DNA from: Chiloscyllium plagiosum
Taxonomy: Eukaryota
DNA: 64,000 nucleotides
Assembly: GCF_004010195.1 (NCBI RefSeq)
Contig: NC_057719.1
Coordinates: forward strand, 82,103,224 to 82,167,223
Direction of reading: 5' to 3'
The position numbers were made by a program, and so were the translations under genes. The notes beneath the pieces are model-generated. The model saw only the letters and a program-made list of their open reading frames with translations, ran no database searches and was not told where the DNA came from. Positions 50,841 through 61,734 of this stretch are shown here, piece after piece (the stretch's first letter is position 1; each line of letters opens with the position of its first letter).

Positions 50841-51679
50841 GTACCGCCCCCCCCCCCCCCCCCGCAGCTGGGAATCCCTCCCCGTTTGCAAAAAAAAACA
50901 CACACACACAAACACCCCTTTGGAAAATGCCAATTATAAAACTGACCCGACACACACACACACAAAACAGGAGTCATCTTGCCGCTCCCTCCCCCACCGT
51001 CTTCGATCCAACTTTTCCCCCACTCAAGTGCGGAGCAAGTGGACACGCTCGGCCCCTGTTAAAACACCAAAACGGCCAGCAAAACAAAAACGGGGTGTGT
51101 TGGTGGAAGAGAGAGAGAGAGAGAGAAATGTCGTCTCCTCATCTCTGGAGTACGGGTTGGAAGTCGATTCTCGGAATCGATCGATTATGGCACACGGGAA
51201 GTACAGTCATCCCACTCAGTCTTGTTGCCCGGCTCCGCATTTGTGGTTGTTGTTTTTTTTTGTGGGAGACGCCAGGGAAAGCGATCTTTTCATGGGAGGT
51301 GTCAAAGTTTATCTGAGCCTGACAAACCACGGCGGAATCCCCCTCGACACTCATTTTGTTTTGAAGAGGGGGAGGGTGGTGGGAAGAAGGGGGTGTGGTG
51401 AATGGTGTACTTTTCGCAAATCCACTCCCTTTGCCCACTCTGTCTCCGCCTCCGTCATTATTTATCCATTACCTCGGCCCATATGGCAACCGTTACTTTT
51501 ACTTTTGTTATGCAAATTTTAATTCCCCCCCCCCACCNNNNNNNNNNNNNNNNNNNNNNNNNNNNNNNNNNNNNNNNNNNNNNNNNNNNNNNNNNNNNNN
51601 NNNNNNNNNNAAAGTTGCTGCTTTCACACCAACAACCCCCCCCCCCTCCACCCCCACCTATTTTTGCTTTTCGGAGAGG

Positions 51680-51790
51680 AGGAAGATAAACCACCTCTCG
51701 GCGAACGGGGAGAAGCAAAAAGAAAGTGCGGGCGTTTGAGGTTGTGCGTTAGCCCCGCTGCTTCGATGTGTGGTCTGCACAGCCCCCCAG
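51680..51790 (+). other. Candidate alternative first exon C (start approximate)
   Basis: Perfect consensus donor CAG|GTAAGT at 51790/51791. Confidence 0.55.
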
Positions 51791-53098
51791 GTAAGTTGTC
51801 CTCCTGTCAATCAGCGAGTCCCCGGGGCTCGCGGCTGCCCGGAGATCTGTGCTCGGCCAGAAAAGAGAGAGGGAGAAAGGGCAAGGATGCACCGTCTCCG
51901 GCGGCAGGCGGGCACGATGCAGCGGATCGCGGCTTCTGCGCGTAGTTTTCTTGCAAAGGGGAAGGATGCGATTTTGTTTGTGTGTGTTTTTCTCTCTCTC
52001 TCGAAGAACGCGCACACGCCTACACAAAATGATGGCCGGTGGTTCAAGGACGGGCTTGGGGGGGGGGGTGGGGAGTGATTGACACTGGGTGGCCGCGGCG
52101 CGCGCGGTGCCTGCTGCCGCTGCCGCCTCCACCTCGCGCCGACCCGCGAGCCCCTGGGTCTTCAACCGTCCGCCGGGAGGGTTAACCTCCGTCCCTTGTC
52201 TCCATCAACCATCGGCCCGTTGCCGACCGCCTCCGCCGGGAGATTCGAGGGCAGAGGCGGGGGAAGTTGGACTATAATATCCGAGCACACGGGCGGAGAG
52301 GCGCGAGAGCCCGCAAGGCCCGCCTCAGACACTCAGCCCACCCCAACTTTTGTGGAAGACGGGCTTCGATGGCCATCCTCCGCAGCCCAATTTTTGGAGG
52401 GGGTTGGGGGGGGGGAGGTGACGGGGGGGAGGTGACGAGAGCTGTCACGGGTGTTAGGAAGGATGAGAGTTTTTATTTCAAGCAAAAAAAAACTTGAAGG
52501 GGTGGGGAAAGGAGGTACCATAGGATGGAGGAAGTGTAATGGGTTTGTGTTTTTCTTTGGTAATATAAATGGTTCCAGAGGGATGGAAGGAGGTGAGGGA
52601 GATACCCCCACCCCACCACCAGAGTGGGAAAATGAAACGAAGTGGGAGAGCGATCGTGTTTTGTTTCAAAAGATTGTGGGACGGGGTGCTGGGGAAGTAA
52701 GGGGGAAAGTGAGCGAATGTGAAAGCGGATTGAGTAGAGTGGACAAACACACTGGAGGACGTGGTTAACAGGGCAAAGGAAAAGTGCAAATTTAAAACAA
52801 GGAAATGGAGGAGAAAAGGGGGTAAAGACAGTGAGCCAAGAGAGAGGGAAGGAAAGTGATGGAATGGAAAGAAATGTAGCAAGGGGGTAAGGGGAATGGA
52901 TGTGGAAGAGGAGAGAAACAAGGTGGTAAAAGTAAATAAGTGGGGGATAAAGGGAAGAACGAGATAATGAGGGGAGAAGAAAGATAAAATCATAGAATCA
53001 ATACAAGTCTGCACTGACCCTGTGAAGAATATTCCACCTAGACCCATTCCCCTACCCTGTTATCTTATATGTACCCTTGACCTACACATCTCAGAACA

Positions 53099-53183
53099 TC
53101 ACCTGATGAAGGAGCTTCGCTCCGAAAGCTAGTGTGCTTCCAATTAAACCTGTTGGACTATAACCTGGTGTTGTGTGATTTTT
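53099..53183 (+). mobile_element. Short insert of a second PLE-type family
   Basis: 10/11 TSD atctc(a/t)gaaca at 53088-53098 and 53184-53194; homologous to 61827-62003. Confidence 0.8.
53100..53134 (+). ncRNA. Minimal type I hammerhead ribozyme motif, apparently intact
   Basis: Stem I CAC/GUG; CUGAUGA-A; stem II GGAGC-UUC-GCUCC; GAAA; palindromic stem III AG|CU; CUA triplet. Confidence 0.78.
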
Positions 53184-53895
53184 ATCTCTGAACACTATGG
53201 GCAATTTCGCGTGGCCTAACCTGCACATCTTTGGATTGTGGCAGGAAATCAGAGCATCTGGAGGAAAATCACATAGACACGGGGAGAATGTCTGTGCGGA
53301 GTTTGCACAGTTGCCCGAAGTTGGAATTAAATCTGGGTACCTGGCACTATGAGGCAGTAGTGCTAAACACTGAGCCACTGTACAGCCCCAAAGTCGGATA
53401 CTGGTAGAGGTTGAAGGGCAAAATTGAGTGGATGGGGAGAGGAGGAGACTTTGAGGAAGAGGTTGCCTGACTGAGTAGTTTAAAAAAAGTCAAGGGGAAA
53501 CGGTATGCTACAAAGTAAAAGGAAAATGGTAGATACAAGAGGTGTGAAGAGAGTTGACACAAAACAAGAAATTGGAAGTTCAGGATGAGGAAAACCATGA
53601 AAGATGGGAAAAGAAGAATAGGTACAGTGGAAAGAGAATGAGTAAAATAGGAGGAGGTATAGTAGAAAAGCAAGAGGATGTGATCAGTGAGAAAGAAGGG
53701 CAGGCAGAGAAGAATTCAGAAAGTGGGCAACAAATAAACCAAGGGAAAGAAGAATTGGTAAATGAATGATGGAGGTGTATGACGAAGGGAAAGGGAGACT
53801 TCATACAGAAAGGAACATGAATAAAGAAAGAGGAATATAAATTCATGGAAAATGGTAGAGGAAAGAAAAGTGAAGAAGTAGAAGTTACGAGGTGA

Positions 53896-54216
53896 TCATA
53901 GAATCCCTACAGTGTGGAAACAGGCCCCTTCACGCCCAAGTTCACACTGACCCTCTGAAGAGTAACCCACCCAGACCCATTCCCCTACCCTATATTTACT
54001 CCTTATGTACCTACCCTATACTGTGGGCAATTTAGCACGGCCAATTCACTTAACCTGCACATCTTTGGATTGTGGGAGGAAACCGCAGCACCTGGAGGAA
54101 ACCCACGCAGACACGGGGCAAATGTGCAAACTCCACGAAGACAGTCACCCAAGGTTTGAATTGAACCCAGGTCCTTGGCACTGTGAGGCAGCAGTGCTAA
54201 CCACTGAGCCACCGTG
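53896..54216 (-). mobile_element. HE1-like V-SINE
   Basis: Near-complete head, V-domain and tail. Confidence 0.9.
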
Positions 54217-56916
54217 ATATTGGGGAGAAAGATGGAAATGGATTCAATGGGTCATGTCGAGTCGAGAGGAAATTAAACATTAGGAGAAAGACTGTGCAGA
54301 GCAAAGGCATGGAAGAGGAAAGTAGATTGGAGAGAAAAGTGAGTGAAGGAGGAAGTGGGTAGGGAGGGGGGAAATGGGTAATATGAATATAGAAGGGAAA
54401 GAGTGAAATTGTTGAATATATGACCAATAGAGAAATGAGAGAGGAGGAGAGATGATGAGGGAATGGATTAAGGAAAGGAGATGGAAGTGAGAGAGAATGG
54501 GTTTAATGGAGAGGAAAGTTGAAGAAGAGGTAAAAATTAGTGGTGAATGCGAGGGGGACAGGAATAAAGTGAGAAAAGGAATACTGGAAATGTACAAAAG
54601 ATACAAAGCTGAAATGATACCAAGGAGGAAAGAATACTGGAAGAAGTGCAGAAGCAAGCTAATAATTATGAGTTTGAGAAAAGTCAGCACAGTACTGAGT
54701 TTTGTAGCCTGTAAAGCAGTCTGGAATGTTGTTTTGTTAGAAGCATTTGGTAGTTGTATTGAATAGGGGAATCTGGTAAACTACTTTAAATTATGGAGAA
54801 AGAAAGCCCATAGCTGGATAGGGAGCTGAAGTGAAGGAGTTAGAGATGGGTACATGTACAAATGTAGTATTATTTGGAAATACGTGAATGAGAGATTTGG
54901 AAGGGTGGGAATGTGTGATAGAAATGGGGGTGGAGGCACTCGTTTGATGTGGCCGAGGGAATGAAGGGCAGTGTTTGATGGGGAAAGGAGAATAAAGATA
55001 ATACAGTATAGGAGGCCACAGTAATGTGGAGAAGGAATCATACAATGTGTTGACGGTAGGGTGAAGAACATTGTGGTTTGTTTCCAACCAGAACAATATG
55101 CTTTTTACTTTGTATAATTAGATGAAGATGGAGAATTGGATGCAGGGCAGAAGGGAAGGGAGAAAAGGATTATTTTTATTCTCCTAGTTTTTGCCATAAT
55201 AGGAGTGTGTGTCAAAGTGGTTAATGTTATTTGAGGTGGTGGAGCTGTGTCTGATGGTGAGTAAACAGACTAGTCATATGCTGAAGCTGGCGAAGCCTTT
55301 GATTTAAAGGCATGGAAATGGTTATTATACCAGCACAATGAGGTAGATAGGAGATTGTGATCTAATAGAGCTGAGGGTATTGAATGCAGAAACTGGATAG
55401 AGGGCAGTTCTGTGACTGAGTTGAGGACCACAGCAGGAGTTTGTGAGGGAAAGATCAGCTGAAGCATGAGTATGCTGGGTTAAAGGTGAGTTTAGAGACT
55501 AATTGCTCAGGTGAAACATTTGGATGGTAGGAAATGGCATTATGCTGAGGTAAGAGATGTGCTCATTAGGAAAATTGTGGGTAGATATATAGAATAATGA
55601 CTGTGGGAATGCAGGGTAGTGTTAATGAGGATGAACCACTGCTTAGTGAAAGGTTAAGTGAGCATATTGAAAGATTTCTGGTAAGAAAGTTTCTGAAATG
55701 GTGTGGAGGTGAGGACTTTGAAGACCTCCAATGCGAAGTTAATGATGGGATATGAAGATGAGTCTAGCTACAACCACAGTAGTTTAATTGTGCGTGTGGG
55801 TGGGGGGGAGCTTTATGTTGGTGGACCAGGCAACTTTGTGTTAATTCAGCATTGAGAACAGGAACAAAAGATTGGAGGATGGGGCAGAAAAGCTCAAAAG
55901 TTTGTTGCTGAGTTTTAAGCGGGGCTTTAAAGTGAGGAATTGGCAAGGTGTTTGTTTCTTTAAGCATCTAGCTTCAGTGGAAGAGTGAAAATAAGTCGTA
56001 AAAGTGAGGTGAGGGGAGAGTGCAATTGTCAAGTGGGGAAAGAACAAAAGTTTTTTTACACTTCTTCCTGACTGACACATTTTACATGGAAGTGTTTTAT
56101 CTTTACTAATTTGTATGAAGATTTGCTAGTATTTTGCTTTACCCTTTACTGCTCCAACCTCCACTTGTCTTCAACTTAAATAACAAGGTTTTTGGGAAGA
56201 AAATGAAAAGTGATGTTCAAGGTAATAAATAGGGGAAAGTCAGATATGTCCTTTACTACTTTGAGAAATCTGTGGAGATAGAAGAGTATGAAGCAAGATG
56301 GAACTGGTGACAGCAGAGTGACATAGTGACTCCACGGAGTGGATCGTATTTGTGAAAGAGGATGGTAGAAGTGGGAAGAAAGGGTATGAGACAGAATGAG
56401 AGAAAACCAGTAGAGGTGAAAATGTGTAGAAGCAGAAATGTTGTAGATGAAGGGGTTTGTGATGCATTTTAAAGTGGTTCAAGGTGAATTGAGGTTGAAA
56501 GGTGAAACTGATTTCGATGCTTTCGAGTTCCACGCTAGTTTGGCCCCCTGGGATGAAAGTGAATTTATGTTGGAGAGGAAAACAACTGGAATTGTGTAAA
56601 GTAACAATAGAATAATACTTGAAAAAGACAGAACAAAGACTTGTATCTCCTTTTTTGGAATGAGTTATTGTGCTACACTAATTCAGACAGTGACAACTGA
56701 AAGCACGTTTGTATTTTCCTGATACCTAATTCTGGTTGGTTGTACTTTTGCTAGTGAGTGTTCTATTGATTGAATGCATATTTAAAATAAGTGGGTGGTG
56801 CGAAGGCAAAGGTGATTTTGAAGGGCAACATGTGAAGAAGTGATGACATTTTAATTTCCCCAAAAATGAACCAAAGTTCACAAGTTTGAAGGAAAGGAGT
56901 GTTTTGAAAAGGGACC

Positions 56917-58500
56917 ATGCTGGATGTCTTAAAACACATAAAAATGGATAAATCCCCAGGACCTGATCAGGTGTACCCTAGAACTCTGTGGGAAGCTAGG
57001 GAAGTGATTGCTGGGCCCCTTACTGTGATAATTGTATCATTGATAGTCACAGGTGAGGTGCTGGAAAACTGGAAGTTGGCTAACGTGGTGCCACTATTTA
57101 AGAAAGCTGGTAAAGACAAGCCAGAGAACACTAGACTGGTGAGCCTGACGTTAGTGGTGGGCAAGTTGTTGGAGAGAATCCTGAGGGACAGGATGTGCAT
57201 GTATTTGGAAAGGCAAGGACTGGTTAGGGATAGTCAACATGGCTTTGTGCTTGGGAAATCATGTCTCATGAACTTGATGGAGATTTTTTTTGAAGAAGTG
57301 ACAAAGTGGATTGATGAGGGCAGAGTGGTGGACGTGATCTATATGCACTTCATTTAGGCGTTCAACGAGGTTCCCCATGGAAGACTGATTAGCAAGGTTA
57401 GATCTCATGGAATGCAAGGAGAACTAGCCATTTGAATACAGAACTGGCTCGAAGGTAGAAGACAGGGTGTTGGTGGATGGTTGTTTTTCAGACTGGAGGC
57501 CTGTGACCAGTAGAGTGCCACAAGATTTGTTGCTGGGTCCACTATTTGTCATTTATATAAATTATTTGGATGTCAGCATAAGAAGTATAGTTAGTAAGTT
57601 TGCCGATGACTCCAAAATTAGACAGCAAAGAAGTTAACTCCGAATACAATGGGATCTTGATCAGATGTGCCAATGGGCTGAGGAGTGGTTGATGGAGTTT
57701 AACTTCTATAAATGTGAGGTGTTGCATTTTGGGAAAGCAAATCTTCGCAGAACTTGTATACTTAATGGTGACGTCGTAGGGAGTGTTGCTGAACAAAGGG
57801 ACCTCGGAGTGCAGATTCATAGCTCCTTTGAAAGTAGAGTTGCAGGTAGATAGAATAGTGAAGAAGGCATTTGGTATGCTTTCCTTCATTGGTTAGAGCA
57901 TTGAGTACAGGCGTTAGAAGGTAATGTTGCAGCTGTACAGTACATTGGTTCAGCCACTTTTGCAATATTGCGTGCAATTCTGGTCTCCTTCCTGAAAGGA
58001 TTGTGAAACCTGAAAGGGTTCAGAAAAGATTTTCAAGGATGTTGCCAGGGTTGGAGGATTTGAGCTAGATGGAGAGGTTGAATAGGCTGGGGCTGTGTTA
58101 CCTGGAGTTTCAGAGGCTGAGGGTGACCTTTATAGAGGTTTATAAAATCACAAGGGGCATGGATAGGATAAATAGACAAGATCTTTTTCATGGGGTGGGA
58201 GAGTCCAGAACTAGAGGGCAAAGGGTCAGGGTGAGAGGGGAAAGATAACAAAGAGAATTAAGGGGCAACTTTTTCATGCAGGTGGTGGTACATGTATAGA
58301 ATGATCTGCCAGAGGAAGTGGTGGAGGCTAGTATGATTGCAACATTTGAAAAGCATCTGGATTGGGTGTAGGAATAGCAAGAGTTTGGCGGGATAAGGGC
58401 CGGGCGCTGGCAAGTGGGACTAGATTGGGTTGGGATTTCTGGTCGGCATGGACGAGTTGCACCGAAGGGTCTGTTTCTGTGCTGTACATTTCGATGACTG
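56917..58500 (+). mobile_element. CR1 LINE ORF2 RT domain to 3' end (longest copy, with stops and frameshifts)
   Basis: 'KSPGPDQVYPRTL...ANVVPLFKK...VSLTLVVGKLLERIL...SQHGF...GKSCLMNL', 'KFADD', 'WLMEFN..KCEVLHFG'. Confidence 0.95.
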
Positions 58501-59189
58501 TGTACGTATCTTAAGTTACATTTCTCAGTTTGGAAACCTGCACTATGACTTTTTGTTATTGTGCTGATACTTCTGCCCATCTCTTGTTTTGGGGTTTCTG
58601 GCATTAGTTGTGACCACTGAAAGTCACACATCTTTAACAACAAATGTTGTCATACTGGTAAATCTGGTAAGGAGGGGAACACGACAGCTTCACCAGTTCC
58701 TGTCTTCACTGACTGACAGCCACACACAGGTATTGTGTACTTTGGGTGGACGGATTAGGGAAGCGAAGTTGTTCCACTTGATCACAATCAATAGCAGGAA
58801 TATTGATCATTTTGCTCTTCGTAAAGCAGTGGCACTGAGGCCATTTGTAATATTTTGATTGACTTCATGGAGAAAATATCTGCGCACAAACGTGATGAGA
58901 GTTGTACACTGTTGATAATGTCAAGAATACATCTCTTGCAGAAGCCAGTGATGAACTGTAAGAGTTAGTAATCAGGTGAAGATAAGTGAGGGGGTGGGAT
59001 AATTTAAAGATCAGTTACCACTGGTCACATTTGAAGTCATGAGGGCAGATAAGGGAGGGGTGAATTAAATTAGAATTACTGTTACTTAATCTTTTTTGCT
59101 TATTAGCTCCATGTGATATGCATTTGACTTTTCAAAAACATTGAAATATGGGGTAATTCATTTTTGCTAATTCTTTTCAAACCTTGCAG

Positions 59190-59595
59190 TTGCTATACTG
59201 ACTTCATGTGTCTTCATTTGATGTGGGTTTTATAATGCTGGTTTATCTGAATACATCATAGACTTTGTCATGTATAGTACAACATACTTTGTGGTGGACA
59301 CTACTCATTTCCAATGCTCTGTCGGCCTATGGAACAGGGCTGGCATGTGGATTGTTAATCATATATTGTTAACCATATCTGTATGGTTAATTCATTGTAT
59401 GGATTGTTTAATAGGTTGTTGGTTTGCAATGTTCCTCCTATGGAAAATGCAACAGAGAATTGGTGACTTATTTTCTTCGGAGGAAAAGAAATTGTCAACT
59501 TTGCGAGTTGCAACTTTGTGATCAGTTAAAATCATTTTTGAGGGAGACTTGCAAATTAGAATGTTCTAACAACAATTTAGCAGAGATGCCTTAGG
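59190..59595 (+). other. Candidate internal exon, probably 5' UTR
   Basis: Branch-like 'gctaat', pyrimidine tract and TGCAG| at 59189; donor AGG|GTAAGT at 59595/59596; non-repetitive sequence; alternative acceptor at 59414. Confidence 0.45.
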
Positions 59596-60249
59596 GTAAG
59601 TGCTTAACATTGTCTGTAATTAGCTTTGTGTTAATCAGTGCTATTTCATAGCGAATGAATATGTTTGTACATGCTGCTGGGGAAAAATACAGAGAGAAGA
59701 TCAAAAGAAGGACTTTATTTTTGAAAATGTAGCTTGGAGCATGAAGGTGTGACATCATATTTGTTACAAACAGTGAGCTGGCTTTTTGGGAAAGGGATGT
59801 AAATCATATCAACTAACAATCTGTTGCTGTTATCACTTATTACATAGAAATCGCAATGTGAAACAAGTGCTCATCTAATCCTAATCCTTTGTCCACCCTT
59901 TCCTTAAGCCACTTTTAATTTGTAAATATTGGGTTCACTTTTCAACCACTAATTCTGGTTGCTTACTTCACATTTTCACAATCTTCTATTTTTCACCTTT
60001 TGTTCTAAATCTGTGGAGAAGCTGGAGTGTTATTAGACTATAGCAGGTTGAGAGAGGTTAAACTGTAGTATTTCGAATTACAGTATGGGTAGATGCTGAC
60101 AAACTTTCTAATGAAGAATTGAGGACAAAATTTTGCTCTGAGCTGGTGTCTCTTAATCTTTACATTTATAATCACTGTACTTCAAAGATAATTGCTTGAG
60201 AAATGGATTGGAATATCTGAGGATATGATGAAGTATACAAAGCCAATTT

Positions 60250-60670
60250 GTAAGGAACATGCATTTGTATGGTGCCTTTTATGTCTGTTACAAAGAACTT
60301 TACGACCAGTTAACTGCTATTTTTGGAAATGCCATCTCTTTTGGAATGGATGAACTGCAGCTGTTGCTTTATGTGCAGTAGTGTGACATAGACCATAAAT
60401 TCCATTTTATGATGTTTTTGAGGGATAAATATTGGCCAGGACACAGAGGATAACTCCCATGCCGTACAATATTGGTGCCATAAGATCCTTTACATTTACC
60501 TGAGAGGGCAGTTAGAATCCTCAGTTTAACCTCTTGTCCAAAATGGCAGCAGCTTTTAAATTGTAGCACTCCCTCAGTTGAAGTGTTGAAATGTCAGCTT
60601 TGATTTTTGTGCTGATGTACTGGAGTGGTACTTCATCACAGAACCTTGTGACTCAGGTGATTGAGCTCAG
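60250..60670 (-). mobile_element. Deu-domain SINE (SacSINE1/AmnSINE1-related)
   Basis: 'agggataaatattggccaggacac...gtgccataagatcctttacatttacctgagagggcag...cctcagtttaac...gcactccctcag' with an L2-type tail. Confidence 0.7.
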
Positions 60671-61734
60671 TCAGTGGCAAACACATACTTAACAAGTTTC
60701 ATTTTGTTCTTTTGCATAGCTTTGAGCAAATGTGCCACATCAGATGTGGCACTGAGCCTTACAAGACTGGTTCCAGGTTTTATCCCTGCTCTTTGCTGAG
60801 TTAGCAAATTTCAACTGGCCTTCAAGGTATTATTGACACATGACACTGGGGTAGGAATGGTGGATGAGCATAATCTTTTGATGCGTGCAATGAGCTTGTT
60901 GAATGTCACAGGTCAGGGTTTGGACTGGCCTCAAATGCTTTGAACTCTGCTATTGAATAGTCTACAGAAAATGTTTCGTTGGTCCAAAAGTGTTGAATTA
61001 ATCCATGTTTTGTATGACTGAAACAACAGTTTATTTGCTGAATCTGAATTCTACAGTTTTGAGTTGTGACACATGTACTGTATTACTCAGACTCTCGGGA
61101 AGAAACACTATTTAGACTAAAATGTTAGAGTGCTCTTGGCACCTGTGATGTACACCTTGGGAAAGAAGGCAACGAAGAAACCTTTTGACGTGAATACAGA
61201 AACTTCAATGTGTTCTTAGGTCATAGCTGATGTAATATTTACTCTTTTAAAAGCTATGATGTGTTTATGTTATTGAGTATGCATGGAACATCCTCTTCTG
61301 GCTTAACTGCTAGTGATATAGCCACTCCCTGTGGTTATGCACACCTTGGTTGACCTATTGTTTAAAAGCAGTTGCTGACATTGCTGTGCTATCTTACTGA
61401 AGTAGTGTTGGGTCCCTGCAGTTTGAGGTGGTTTTAAGGAGCATGATTTCAGTGTCTGATTTGTGCTAAGTTGATTTGATTCTGGCAGGTAGGCAGGAAT
61501 TTGCAAATTCGTTGAGGTGAATTTCTTCAGTGGTTTCTGTGTTGTTTATGTTAGTGCAGCACCACCCTCTTGAGTCTGCAGGAATGTATGGTTCATCGGA
61601 ATCCTCTTATGCTCTGGTGCTGAAGTGTGTACGCTCCTATGCATTGTAAAGTTGTTAGGATCTTGGTCACTGTTGCCTCAGTCACTGCAAAATGGTTTCA
61701 AGGGATATTGCTGAGGCCTAGTTGAATGTAAAAG

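Larger units (their letters stand above)
49690..52450 (+). promoter_or_regulatory. CpG island and promoter region of an unidentified gene, probably plus strand
   Basis: Abrupt rise in CpG and GC content, no decayed TEs; AP-1 TGAGTCA 49813-49819; TTCCCGGAAG (STAT/ETS) 50594-50603; YY1-like GATGGCGG ~50803; assembly gap 51538-51610. Confidence 0.85.
52990..53386 (-). mobile_element. HE1-like V-SINE with nested PLE insert
   Basis: V-domain and head 'gaggcagtagtgctaaacactgagccac'. Confidence 0.85.
52450..56600 (+). repeat. Extended purine-rich (GA) low-complexity tract
   Basis: Strong G+A excess and C depletion on the plus strand, interrupted by two SINEs. Confidence 0.75.

Noticed and set aside
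50710..51522. 270-aa ORF and overlapping ORFs in the CpG island
   Set aside because: Low stop frequency in GC-rich, simple-repeat DNA; crosses poly-C, (CA)n and (GA)n tracts; no protein family signal
53347..55096. Hydrophobic F/L/S-rich minus-strand ORFs resembling membrane proteins
   Set aside because: Artefact of translating the pyrimidine-rich strand of a low-complexity tract
56917..57357. 146-aa RT-like ORF as a functional gene
   Set aside because: 5'-truncated CR1 with downstream stops and frameshifts
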